Source of the DNA: Callorhinchus milii | Lineage: Eukaryota | DNA: 64,000 nucleotides | Assembly: GCF_018977255.1 (NCBI RefSeq) | Contig: NW_024704742.1 | Coordinates: 98,396,001-98,460,000 of the forward strand | Reading direction: 5' to 3' | In this document: positions 38,361-51,334 of the stretch, in pieces | Layout: every line of letters begins with the position of its first letter | Position numbering within the stretch: position 1 is the first letter of the stretch | Notes under the pieces: generated by a model | Database searches by the model: none | What the model saw: the letters and a program-made list of their open reading frames with translations, nothing else | What the model was told of the DNA's origin: nothing | Program-made: the position numbers and the translations under genes

Positions 38361-40399
38361 TCCAGACCGCTCTATAGAATTACTGCTTATTAATTCCAAC
38401 ACTAGATCTAACTAACCCACAAGCAACATCCTAATATTACACAATGCTGATACACGTTCTAAATATGTCTGGGCCTTAACCATTTTAAGCTGTAGATAAA
38501 AGAACATATTCATTCTGACTGTGATTGATACTCATCCTTTTAATTTTATTGACTTATCACAATATGTTCTGAAGCAAATAATTTTGTTGAATTGCTTCAT
38601 TCCAAGTCTATCGTCCACTCAGGCACAATTCATTTATTAATTTTCTATACAGTACAACTCAATAGAGTTGAAAAATACAGAACGAGAAGAGTACAAGAGT
38701 GAACAAGTAGGAGAAGAAAGGGCACCTTTAGGAAAATAATGATCAATTGGCTGTTTAGGAACATATATTGCAGTGGTTATAATACAGTGAACAATAATCA
38801 ATAATCTAAATTAATGGCAATATATAAGATCTAAGGTTTATGTATCTTGTTCAATAGATATTATTACTGTTAAAGATGAATCCACGGGTTATTGCTTCAG
38901 CTATTACTTAATTTTAAGTGCAAAATATGATATCAATTCATTACTATTCACTGAGAGGTAAAGTGACTTTGCCGAAAACAAGCCCTTAAATGATTTGAAA
39001 AAAACAATCTTAATCCTAGTTGTTTGAGACAGCAGAGGGGAACAGACAATTGATATACTGTGCCATCAAGGCCCCCAAAGCTAAATTTATATTAATGCAA
39101 ACAGATTAACATTAATCCCAACCAAATGTAAAATTACAAATACAAGTCCTTTTGGAGCTCCAAATTGATATAAATGATGAATTGACTGGAATTAATTCCA
39201 TCTAAATTAGAAATTATTTTTACATTATATTTTTGCATGGTTGAGAACATTTACTTGCGTTTCATTGAAAATAATCTTTCAACCAGCAATGCTTGGGGTC
39301 CCTATTGTTTTACATAAATGCAATCCTTGGACAAACTTTATCTTTTGAGTATGGTATCAAGGAAAACTGCAAGCTTGTTTTAGCAAATTTAGGATTAAGT
39401 GATATTTCCTGAACTTGGTGTTACCCTGAATCATGGGGATTTAAAGCAAATCAAGGTCATTTATCGGCTGCTGTTAACACTCATGTCAATTATGTTTTGC
39501 CCTCCATCTGAAGCAGTCAGAAACACTTAGCGCAGAAGCAGAGATGTGACCTGGAGCACATGCATAGGGACATGGGAACAGCACCACCATCCATTCTTTA
39601 TACTGACTGCCAATGCAAATGTGCACCTTTTACAGCCAAAGCTGGTGTTAGGTAGTACAATATTAGCTGCTATTGTTTTATCCTTTTGGACTTCTGGCAA
39701 GCATGTATTGAATAAAATAGACAGCACATACACAGCAAATTAAAGTGTGGAAATAGTTTGGTCAAAAGTTTCATCCACAAAATACATAAATACACGAAGT
39801 ATATCCTGTGACGTGGTTTGAGGCATCTTGACGACATAATAAAATATGAAACAAAATTCTCAAACATTGCAAAATGTAAAAAACAAACACAACATGTTCA
39901 TATGTAGAAACCTTGATTAGAAGATTCTAATGACATGACAGCTAATTCAATGATTGCACGGAATCAGTCATAAAGAACACTAATAATGATAATATATTAT
40001 TATTATTTAGTTCATGTGAAAGGAAAATATGTTGCTGATGTACTCACGTCAACTTTTTTCTAATAATTATTACTGACAATTGTCATCTTCTGTCAGTTGG
40101 GTTTAATTGGACTTACTGAGTTCCAAACGGAGAACAAGTGGGACCTTCTCTGAATTTAACATGAATAAAGCTATCTACTTCAAGAACAGTTTGCACCAAG
40201 TTGCACCAAAGGAAACTTGAAACCTGCTGAGGTCTTGAATTCTGCATTAGATTTTGGGTACTGTGAAAAATCAGGTTGCATATTTGACTACATTTTCTAA
40301 AACTCTTCACTATCTTACATTGTAAAACAATGGTTTTAATCCTAAATACGTGAGATCTTAAACATATTCAAGTATCAAATTTCCTTTATCTAAGAGTGT

Positions 40400-40690
40400 A
40401 CAACAATAACAACTTGTGTTGTAATAGAGGCGCTATATCAAATGCAAGGATTATTATTATAGAGCCCTTCAGACTGGATAGTGTCTGGACTGTACAGCGG
40501 CAGGTTGATCCACTGTACATTTTGTAACAGTAGTAGGACACCGAGTAAGGGAAAAGGACGAGGGGAGGTGATCATAGGTGTGGTCAATGAGGTAAGTCTT
40601 CAGGTAGGAATTAAAGACAAATACAAAGGGGGAAAGGCAATGCTGGGGATTGAGGGAAGGAATTCCATCTGGAAAACAAATTCTGAACAA
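40400..40690 (-). mobile_element. Old L2 3' fragment with a short SINE tail inserted near 40428-40460
   Basis: FNSYLKTYLIDH motif on the minus strand; gcgctatatcaaatgcaaggattattattat on +. Confidence 0.65.
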
Positions 40691-41499
40691 AAGGCAAGAT
40701 TGTAGGAGTTCTCTTTACCAATGAATTGTTAGCAATGAATTGAAGCTAAATTAATTTCTTAGTTCAAAAGATAATGACGCATTCTCCTTGGCACAAGTAA
40801 TGGAGGATAAGGGAGTAAAAGAATGAACAGATCTTGGAAAGATAACCTGGAATGTGTGCACCCTTGGCATGTATGGAAGAATTTTAAAAAGCCTATCTGA
40901 TGACATTATGGAACATCCTTTCTTGTGAGGAGATTTTATGAGTTGCTCTGCTGGTTGGAAAGGACTAAAAGCACTGAGAGCCTGGAAGAACAACAATGAA
41001 AAGTCATTTGATAACTAATATACTTTGACCTCCAACTGAGTTTTGTCAGTTGAATTAGGAAAACCCTTTGGTTCAGTAAAATTCCTGGTGTATTTTTAAG
41101 TATTTTCCAGTTTGTAAAGCAGTGTGCCAAGTTTGTATCTGGCTACAATTACCACAGCTCTGAGACAATCCAGAGCCAAGCTCTACAGATGCGATTGCAG
41201 CTTAGGTCAGACGTGCACCAGTCTGCTGGTTAAGTTCATAGTATTGACAACTCAAGAAGAGGCATAACTGTGTTAATTGGGGATAAGCTTCCAAAGAACT
41301 GTGAAGATAATTTAATCCCACTCTTCAAACTGAGACTTCAGTTTCCTGCCAGTAAAATCTCTATGATGTATAAGGAGTTGAACAGTGACATCAGAGAAGT
41401 TACAGTTGTTAACAAAGGAAGCACAAGTCTGACTTTAGTGGAAGTAGCCATACTCCTGGGCTCCCGTCAACAGCTTACCAACCAACCCAGCCTTATCCC

Positions 41500-42210
41500 T
41501 AAGATTTACTGAACTCCACCTAGGCATCAGGTTCGATCCCCAGCTTTCCTTCCTATCCCACATCAGATCCCTAATCAGGACCACTTTCCTCCACCGCCAT
41601 CACATTGTCAGCCACTGACCGTACTTCATACCTAATGTAGCCAAAACCCTTGTCCACATCTTTATCACCACCCACCTCGACTATTGAAATGGCCTTCTCA
41701 CCGGTCTCCCAGATCCACAATCCACAAATTGCAACTGCTCTAAAACTCCCCCGCCCATGTACTCAGCCACTTTAAACTCCACACCCCCATCAAACCAGTC
41801 CCCATTGCACTCCACTGGCTCCTTATCACAGATCCTCACAATCGTCTACAGCTGCCTTCACACCCTGACACTTCCCTACCATTCCAACCTGCTATCTCCC
41901 AACTCCACTACCTGCTGCCTCTCCTCGGATGGTTCTGGTCCCTGCTTGTCCTGCATCCCCTCCATTCCACCATCAGCATCCCAGCCTTCAGCCACTATGC
42001 CCTGATACTCTGGAACTCTCTCCCTGAATCCCTACCCTTCCCTCTCCTTCTCCATTTTCAGAATACACCTCAAGACCTTCCTCTTTGACCGTGCCTACAG
42101 TCACTACCCCCTTCCCCTGGGTCGACAACAGGCTCCACCACTGTTAAGCACACTGAGACACTACCCTGTGTAAAGGGCAGTATATAAATGCAAGTTATTA
42201 TAGTTGTTAT
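41500..42210 (+). mobile_element. L2 LINE 3' portion, decayed
   Basis: Degenerate ORF2 (RFDPQLSF, AKTLVHIFITTHLDY, LHWL, LWNSLP, LKTFLF) and tail tatataaatgcaagttatt. Confidence 0.88.
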
Positions 42211-43263
42211 TGAATGTAACCTAATGCTTAAGCAGCAGGTTTGAATGAATAAGATCCAGGTGTTATTTTATGAAGGTCAGTCAGTCTCCAGAAGGAGGTT
42301 GCCCCAGCAAAGTGTCTCAGAGATGTGTTCAATCTTTTCATCATCCACTTGGGAATGTAGGGAATCCATACAATTAGTTTAGCATCTTAACATAAAGAAA
42401 TAATTTGCTTTTTATCACATTAAAGCACCTCAAAGCATTTTGAGCACTTACCTTGACTGATACAAAAGACTAAAGAAATGACTTGGAGGGTATATTCACT
42501 CCCCTGGAAAGAAAAGTAAGTGGTCCCACAATGTCCAATTCTACTCTTTAAGATGGCCCATGGATTATTGGCTAAGACTGAAACCTTGCTGTTATGCAGT
42601 CCCCCGATTTTCCCATTTTGTGACACAGTCACGTGAGTGCAATAATGCGACACATCACTTACAGCACAGAGTGCTGGAGGATCCTCCTTCCGATACGTTG
42701 TATTTCTAAGTGACCAGAGCAATGGACATTGTACATACATCTCATTAATTTATCTTAGTCATTTTCTAATTTACTAGCAGAACAACAATAAATTACATTC
42801 GTATAGTGCCTTTCACGTCAGGAAGTCCCAAGATGCTGGAACAGCTAACCCATCCCCAACTTGGGCTGCTAGCCATCTCTGTGAAGAGCTTTGAGGTGTC
42901 CTCACCATTTCAATGTCATTACATAATATAAAATTGTTGTTAATGCAGCACCACAATGTTCTTGTATTTTTTTCAAAAAGGCCACTCGGACAGGTGGCTC
43001 TCAGCTCTTATATTAGAGCTGAGGTGGCTCCATGAGGCAACCTGAATGTTTATCATGTGAGTCAATGATGCTTAACAATAACAACAACAATGACTTGCAT
43101 TTAAATAGCACCCCTCATGTAGGGTAATGTCCTAGAATGTTTATTGTAGGGGAGTTGACCGTAAGCATGATTGAAGAGGAAGGTCTTCAGGCACAACCTG
43201 CAGATGGGGAAGGAGGGGGCAAGGCGGAAGGAATGAAGGAGAGTGTTCCAGAGTTTTGGGGCG

Positions 43264-43599
43264 TAGTAATAATAATAATAATAATAATCCTTGCATTTGA
43301 TATAGCGCTTTTCACGTCGGGAGGACGTCCCAAAGCGCTTCACAGAACACACTGCAAAGTGAATTGACTGTATATTTCTGGGCGAACGCGGCAGCCAATT
43401 GCGCAAAGCAATGTCCCACAAACAGTTGTAGATTGAAAATGACCAATTTATTATTGTTTTTGGTTTCGGAGGGATTATTATTAGGCTCTGTGTGGAGTAA
43501 GGAAACTTGCCCAAGGTTTCGCCCTGACCTGCCGGGGATTGAACTCAGGTCTCTCACTTGCAAAGCGAGTGCTCTAACCACTGAGCTACAGGACTCCAC
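43264..43599 (-). mobile_element. SINE family A, young full-length copy
   Basis: Near-identical to 23134-23481. Confidence 0.95.
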
Positions 43600-43691
43600 A
43601 AGTGTGGGTGAAAGCACAGCCACTGAGGGCAAGAAGGACAAGCAGGAGGCCAGAGCCAGTTGGATTGGGGAGTAAGCAGGTCGGAGAGGTA

Positions 43692-43999
43692 GGAGTCCTG
43701 TAGCTCAGTGGTTAGAGCACTCGCCTCGCAAGCGAGAGACCTGGGTTTGATTCCTGGCAGGGCGAAATCTTGGGCAAGTTTCCTTACTCCGCACACCTGA
43801 TAATAATCCTTCAAGGAGAAAAAAACAATAATAAAATTGGTCACTTCAAATCCATGACTGTTTGTGGGACACTGCTCTTCGCAATTGGCTGCCGAGTTTC
43901 GCCCACAAATATACAGTCAACTCACTTAGCAGTGTATTCTGTGAAGCACTTTGAGACGTCTAGAAGATGTGAAACATGCTATATCAAATGCAAGGATTA
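43692..43999 (+). mobile_element. SINE family A, full length
   Basis: ggagtcctgtagctcagtggttagagcactcgcctcgcaagcgagagacctgggtttgattcc head and tail. Confidence 0.95.
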
Positions 44000-44678
44000 A
44001 GTGCCAGTGCATGAAGGGATTTGAAGATGAGCAGAGTACATAAAACCTTGCAAAAAAAACAAATGGCAATAATTACAGCAATTGCAAGACCATGCAATTT
44101 GAAATAAATATAATAAAGTGGATAACACACTGCAGTGTCAGAATTGCTTTTATTTTTATTATCTCAAGAGAAGTAAGAAGTAAAACAGGAGATAAAATCC
44201 TAACAAGACAGATTTGGCAAAACTGCTCTGAGGGAAGATATTTTTATGATTCATGAACTAAAATTGCAGGAAAGAAAAATCACCTGTTAACATAACATTT
44301 AGACAACGCTGACTCCACAGAGGTATAAAACTGCAAATCTCTTTTTAGGTTCCAATTATAAATTTACAATATTCTGAGATGCATAAAATGGCAAAAGTCT
44401 GCTTGAATGGCAAGATGCTTGCTAGACAACTCTTGTTTGGATCCAAATAAGTGGGTAGAAAGAAAGGTATGTGTATTAAAGGAAGTTAAAGGGGCCTGTA
44501 ATAATTTCTGCATTATAACTTTAATATATTAGCTGTCTCAATCCTGTTGTTAGGATAAACTGTGGGGAGGTTTGGATTTATACTCTTTCCTGGTTCCAAA
44601 TCATCTTTACCCGGCTCGAGCTAAACCTAGCTTCTGAATCAAGGCCAGGTTACTTTATACAACATAAAAGTGCACGAT

Positions 44679-45601
44679 GTGGCACAGCAATGATGTCTGA
44701 ATCACACCAATCTAATGTCGTGTAACTATGCAGAAGTCGCCAGGGGAGATCAGCATTAATGCAGCTCCATTGTCTTCGACAAGAGCACTTGGGAAACATT
44801 CCTACAGTCTGCCAGTGCATGTTGAGTCAATTCCCTCATGATCTTGTGCTTTTAGTTACCACTTGCTTCTGTATGGGCTCTATAGTGTTGTGACAGCTTT
44901 GGGAGGAGAGAAGCTTGCAGGAAGCTGGAACCAGCTTTTATTTGCTACACATCATTGTGCTTTGGCAGCCATGTGTTTAGAAGCATTTATTTGAGCTATA
45001 TGACGTAACATTTAATATCATCCATATATGAAAAATACCTTTAAAATATCTAACGTTTAAGACTTATTTTAAACATATTGAACATCTGGCCATGCTGATC
45101 TGGGCACTGCTGTGGTCTGAGTCAGTGTTATGTAACCGTGGACATTGGATGGATTTTATGGACAGCCTGTAAAGCTGGAGCTTGTAAAAATGTAATGACA
45201 TTTAAAATAATTTTGTGCACAGAATGCATACATTGCATAATGTAAATTTTTTTGGAGCACAGTACGTGGGTGTAAGTTATGTGTGCACATCTTTGCCATT
45301 GTTGACCAGCTGATTGGCACTTTCCTAGAAGATTCAGAAGCTATATTTTTCAGGAATGTCCATGCAACAACAACAAAATTACATTTGTAAAGCGCCTTTC
45401 ACGTCGGACCTGGTGCCGGCCGGAGCCTGCTGAGCGGAGGAAGCGGACAGGTTGATAGGGGGTCAGAAGGTCAGAGATGTAGGAGGGGGCAAGGTCGTGG
45501 AGGGCCTTGAAAATGAGGACGAGGATTTATTCTCCCCTGGCGACTTCTGGATAGTTATATGACATTAGATTGGTGTGAGTCAGCCGTCATTGCTCTACCA
45601 C
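44679..45601. repeat. 71-bp imperfect inverted repeat (63/71) with ~780-bp spacer
   Basis: 44679-44749 versus 45531-45601, aligned by hand without gaps. Confidence 0.92.
45365..45528 (-). mobile_element. Short internally deleted L2 insertion
   Basis: (caa)n tail and half of the stem-loop joined directly to an ORF2 segment homologous to 36240-36355. Confidence 0.8.
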
Positions 45602-45784
45602 ATGGTCCACATTCAATGCACCATTAACTGCTCTTGGTAGACAGTGCCACATAGCCACTGCTCTATTGGAGGGAAATTCTTCTCATCTCTTGTCCTACAA
45701 CAAAACTATTTTGCCTTGTTACTTGTCTCCCTGACAACATAAAAATAGCTTTTTGATCCTACCTCAGGACATGCCTGAGGTATT

Positions 45785-46380
45785 AGCCTAGCTCTGTTCA
45801 TAGCAATGTTGCTCTGAGTCAGAAGAACATGGTTCAAGCCACCTGGTGGAGATGCTGTCTAGTTAAACTAAGATAGAAATTATAAAATATCTCCTCTGCC
45901 TGTTCAGATGGTCATTAAACATAATAATAATAATAGTCCTTGCATTTGATATAGCGCTTTTCACGTCAGGAGGACGTCCCAAAGCGCTTCACAGAACACA
46001 CTGTAAAGTGAATTGACTGTATATTTATGGGCGAACGCGGCAGCCAATTGCGCACAGCAATGTCCCACAAACAGTCGTAGATTGCAAATGACCAATTTAA
46101 TTATTGTTTTTGTTTTTTGGAGGGATTATTATTAGGCGTGTGGAGTAAGGAAACTTCCCCAAGGTTTTGCCCTGCCTGGAATTGAACTCAGGTCTTTCAC
46201 TTGCAAAGCGAGTGCTCTAACCACTGAGCTATAGGACTCCACGGCATCCCACGGCACTATTCGAAAAATGAAGGGAATTTTTCCTGGTGTCTTGGCCAAC
46301 AGTCCCCCAAATAAATTAATCATTCACTTCATGACTGTGTAGAAACCTGCTGCGTTCAACTACAAATAGTCATTCACTCA
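45785..46380 (+). mobile_element. Deu-domain SINE interrupted by a family A SINE
   Basis: cctgttcagatggtcattaaa [insert] atcccacggcactattcgaaaaatgaagggaat. Confidence 0.8.
45921..46242 (-). mobile_element. SINE family A, young full-length copy
   Basis: Near-identical to 23134-23481. Confidence 0.95.
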
Positions 46381-48941
46381 GTGAATTTAATGTCAAGTGT
46401 AAAGTGATATACTCGTCAATTTGTCTAACAAAAGTTGTAAATTGAAATGAAACATTGTCCGTCTTTTCACTGTTAAACTAAAAATACCATAGCAAAAATC
46501 CTAACAATCCACCTTAAGAGCAAGTTACAAAAAAAACTGTGTTCTTCTCTAAAATTCCTTTTCTTGCGAATGTAACTTTCCTTTGTTAATAATCAAACTA
46601 GGAATTAACTTATTGGTATTAACCAGGACTTTTTTCAGTATGGTAGCCTGGAAATTACATTCTGGTAATGTGTACAGCCTAAAGTAAACTTTATGAGACA
46701 GCTAATTTTGAAAGAAAACAATTTGTGCGTTTATTGAAGTGAGAGGATGTATCTTTCTATTTTCAATTTGCTTGATTGGCTTGTTTACACAATTGAAAGC
46801 TTCTGTTCAGTGATTGTGGGTTGTTAATTTATAATTAATTAGGAAAACACCATAATAAAAGGTGCAAGGCCATGTCACCACAATCCACAATCGCTGAGAA
46901 AATGTCTTTGCAATCCAAACAGAAAATGAATGTCAATAAAATAATGGAGAACAAAGCCTGTTGCAGAACTCTGAAGTGCTTGAGGAAAGGAGTTGCAGAA
47001 AAAACCAACACAATCAAAGTATTAAACAATGTAACCCTTGAATGCAATAAAGATCCATTAATTTACAAATGCTGACAAAACCCATGGGTACCAAAGCAAC
47101 ATCTGTGTTATGCCTCCAGGTTTTCTCTTACATATGAAAATTTGTAATGTTGTTTTGTATAGATTTTAACTTATGTTGTACATTAATGGACTAAAGTCTA
47201 ATAAAGGCTGATTTATGTTTATATTTTAGAAGGTGTACAAAACACCCTAGTAGCACATCTCATATTGGGAATTTGTTGAAGTGTTTGTATGTTTCATGCA
47301 GTATTGAATAATTCAGTGCCTCACGACAGTAATTAGCTTTACATAGCGTTATTTTTTAATTTAAAAAAAAGTACAAGATGAAAGTTTATAATACAGATGT
47401 TACTAAGTTTAAAAAGAACAAGAGAAAAAGTAAGGTAAGTAAAGAATTACTGGTTAGAGATGCAAGTTTGTGTTTTGAAACTCTGGATATTGCAGGAGGG
47501 CAGTAAGACTGAGGTAGATAAAGAGATCTACAGTCTTGAATTTCTTGGAAAATATGTGCTTAAATATGAGACTTGGTAATGATCCTTACATTTTCTGTCA
47601 TTCTCCTGTATAGGAGAATGAAGCATTGTTCAAATGCACCAAAAGACAAACAAATGAACAGTGTAGTATTTGTGTTGACCATGACACAAGCAATGGTACC
47701 ACCCAACCACTGATTTCATCTTTCCTCTTGCCCTTTTGTTCTGAAGTAATCCAGAAGAAAACCCTTTGCTCATTGCATAGATAACTATGTAGAAGGCTGG
47801 AACAACCCAATATGATCCATGATCTGGATGGTCCCAAAGTGCAGTGAATAGAACGTGGCCTTTCATTGAGGTTTCACAAATGTAAAAACAACTCCCCATT
47901 GACAAATTTCCTGGTTAATTTGAATTGTACACAAATAACAGAAGTTTGTATTTACTTCTGCAGTAAAAATACATGTATCACACACCTCTTTATCAGCCAC
48001 TGAGTGGAAGCATTCTTATTTCTGATTCTGCAGGTGTTCAGTGCATGGCTAAGTGGGACAGTGAACTAAACCTAAGTTGTTGGGGAAATCCAGCTGCAGG
48101 AAAGAAATCTTTCTTGATTCTTATATCCTGCTGGAGTTTGGATGGGGAATTGATATATCCAGTGACTGAGAAGAGAAGTGACAGTACATCAGCTCCCTGA
48201 TACCTTGTAAATGTTTTTTCTGAGTGTATAGGAAGTTAAGCACATCAATGAGAATGTATTATGGGCTTGGGCTCTTCACCAAGGTTTCTGAAATACTGTG
48301 TAAAACATAGTTTGCCTCGAACAAATATCTTGTTGAATTTGAATTGTATATATAAATGAATCAATTGCATCTGGACCTGGGGAAGTTTCTACATACAGCT
48401 GTGATAACATTAAATGTATCACACACACCTCTTCAGAGTTCAATGAGTGGAATGAGGCCGTCTTAGGGAAAATAAATTGTTTGAGGCACTCATCCAGTTT
48501 CTCGAATGAGGTTATCTGGAGACTGGCCAAATAATGGGGATTAGGGCTGGGGAGGAATGGAGATCTTTGTAAAACTATACAAAATATAGTAAGGCACTTC
48601 ATTCTCTCAATGCACATGTATATGTTAATTCATTCTCCAATGACACTAAATGTGAACTTTTCATCGATGGGGGCAAGACTTCAGTGTATTGAATACGGGT
48701 GAGAGTGATCCACATACATCAGCAGTTGAGGAAAATAAATCTTGAAATAATCTTTGTAACTGTTACACAATCACAATCTGAGTGCAGTTATCTGAACTGC
48801 AAAGTATTCCAATGCATTACATAAAAAATAAAGAACAGGAGAAGGCCATTTAACCATGGAGCATGGTCCAACATAAAACGTTCCATGGCATTACATGCTG
48901 TCAGCAGGTCAAAGTCTCAAAATACTCTTAAACACAAACTG

Positions 48942-49020
48942 TTGAAGAACATTGTTAGATTTAGAAGATTTGAAGAATGTTGTTAGATTTAGAAGATTTG
49001 AAGAATGTTGTTAGATTTAG
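48942..49020. repeat. Tandem repeat, about 2.8 copies of 28 bp
   Basis: Unit gaagaatgttgttagatttagaagattt. Confidence 0.92.
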
Positions 49021-50224
49021 TTTTGGAATCATCTACCTCCCCCTAATATTTGAATGTGACGTTTGAGAAGGAGTCCAACCCTGCCACTCTACAGTGATCC
49101 GAAACACCATTCTGAATGAAAGGGTGCTATATAAATGCAAGTAGTAATGCCCAAACTAGGCTGAAAATCCTGGGAACTCCCATTTTTGATTTCTGCTTAA
49201 AAAGGCTGCTGCTCTTGGCCGCAGACTTTGAGATGCTGCTTAACAGGATGTTGATTCAGTTAAGCTGCTATCATGCAAAGTGGCTGTGAACCCAGAAATT
49301 AATTCCTGGCTGAAAAAAACTTCAAGAATCATCCAGGATCATTATAGTCGTCTGCGGAACTCAGTATATTTACATGCTGTGCCGCCGGGATTCCGTCTTG
49401 TTGAAATACCTGCTAGAGTTGACGGTTTGGTGCTAGCATTATTCAGAAGCTGAGGGTGGGGTATTTCAATATGCATTTCAATGATGTTCCTTAAATAAGG
49501 AACCACACGTGTTTAAGAGTTACACAATTCTGACCCTGTCACTTCCCATAATTCTATTTTCCAACTTTGTTCCATATCCCTTACTATTTCTACTTCCCAA
49601 AGTATCTATCCATCTCCTTCTTGAATGAAGAAATCAATCAGTTTTGCATCTGAGGCTTCATGAAGCAACACATTCCGACATCATATTAATCGAGCATTCA
49701 AACGTTTATATAAAAGAATTGTGTACCACAAAGCAATTTTCCCTGGAGATACACTTTAAATCTCTGTGGAGTGTATTCCCAAACAGCACTCTTAGGGACT
49801 CTCATGAAGCACTTACTCCCTGTGGAAGTGACTGCAGCAATTAAATACGTGGCAGAAGAAAAATCCCCAGTTGAATTGCTTTCAGAGTTCTACACCCTAA
49901 TGTCAGAGAACACAGCCACTTTGATCTTCAGTACTTTTAATGAGATATGGGGGATGGGGATAATAGCAGAAACTATTAGTGCCGTGCCAATTTCTGAACT
50001 CCCAAAAGGAGAAAAAGAATTATTGTGTCTCAGATACTCATATCTTACTGATGTATTTTGACTGTAAATTCTTGATGGAAATTCTGGTGAAAGAATCCCT
50101 GATGTCCCCCTGGTCAAAGGCACCACTGGCTGCAGCCCTAAGACATACAGGCGAGAAGGCAGCAGACTCCATCCCTAATTTGTGCTGCCATGGCTGATCT
50201 CAACAAAGCAACAGTATGTTTTTA

Positions 50225-50615
50225 GTGTTTTATCATATCAAAATGTTGAGCAGCACAGGTAATTGCTATTGTGTATTGACCATTTTTTGTTGGTAAATGT
50301 AACAACAACTCACATCGAGAGGACGTACCAAGACACGAGATGCAGTGGCCATTTGTGCCAGCAACATCCCACAAAACGTCATTACTCTGTAGGATTGTTG
50401 GCCACTGGGAGAGAAACTCCCTTTTCATTTAAGTTGTGTCACAGGATTTTTTGGAGGTTAGCCAGGTGTCGGACACATGTGGAAATCTATTACCATTCTT
50501 CAGATTCTCCAAACCAAACTACCAAGTGTTTAAAATAAGCATGGTTTCTGTTTCAGTGATGGCAACTCCAACAATGCAGCAATCTCCCACTACTGCAATG
50601 GAGTGTCATCCTTGG
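50225..50615 (-). mobile_element. Old Deu-domain SINE carrying a family X fragment (about 50446-50530)
   Basis: ttgttggccactgggagagaaactccc ... [agccaggtgtcggacacatgtggaaatc...ccaaaccaaact] ... ctccaacaatgcagca...ggagtgtca. Confidence 0.65.
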
Positions 50616-50926
50616 AGGACATGGATTGGGTGGACATACTAATGTGTGGCTGCAACCCATGGAGAGGGGAGAAAAGTGAAAAAGATCATCTGTCTTGCTT
50701 CCCAAGGTGCCAGACTGTGGTCATTGTGGCTCTTTTAGCATCAGCTCAATAAACTCCGCAAACAGTGCCTGTCATACGCGGTTCAGACAAAACTGAAGCC
50801 TTCCCACTTGTTCCCTAATTGTTTACATTGCTCAATGAATTGCTCCGATGGAGCTCCCAAAAGCCAACTCCATAACCTGCTCATCTGAAAACTTCCTTGC
50901 TTCACTACTTCTCACATTCCCCTCTG

Positions 50927-51320
50927 TAACAAAAGGAAAAATACTGCAGATGCTGGAAATCTGAAATAAAGGCAGAAGACGCTGGGAACATTGAGCAGAT
51001 CAGGCAGCCTCTATGAAGAGAGGAAAGTGATTTCATGTTTCAGGTTGATGACTTTTCATCAGAACTGGGGGATGTTGGAAGCGAGTAGTTTAGAAGGACA
51101 AAGAGAGAAGGGGCATGGGAAAGAAAGACAAAGGAAAACATTAGGTGGAGGACAGTAGATGATGAGATCAGATGTGATAATGTTGCAAGACAAAAGAAGG
51201 CAATAGTGAAAAGATGTGTCTGAGGCCCAGAGATGTGGATGGTTATAGAAGAAAGGGAGGTGAGAGGCAAGGTACAGAGAAGAATGGAGCCGTGTTTAAA
51301 GTCTAAAGTGGTTACAATCA
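50927..51320 (-). mobile_element. Penelope-like element terminal region, decayed
   Basis: aatactgcagatgctggaaatctgaaataaaggcagaagacgctgg...tttcaggttgatgacttttcatcagaactg matches a remembered chondrichthyan Penelope-type end; minus strand has CTGATGA...GAAAC. Confidence 0.65.
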
Positions 51321-51334
51321 ATGTAAAATCAATC

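Larger units (their letters stand above)
43075..44035 (-). mobile_element. L2 3' fragment interrupted by two SINEs
   Basis: Segments 43075-43263, 43600-43691 and 44000-44035 are colinear with the L2 at 22466-22850. Confidence 0.8.

Noticed and set aside
48942..49020. CRISPR-like 28-bp repeats
   Set aside because: Head-to-tail tandem copies without spacers, in eukaryotic DNA
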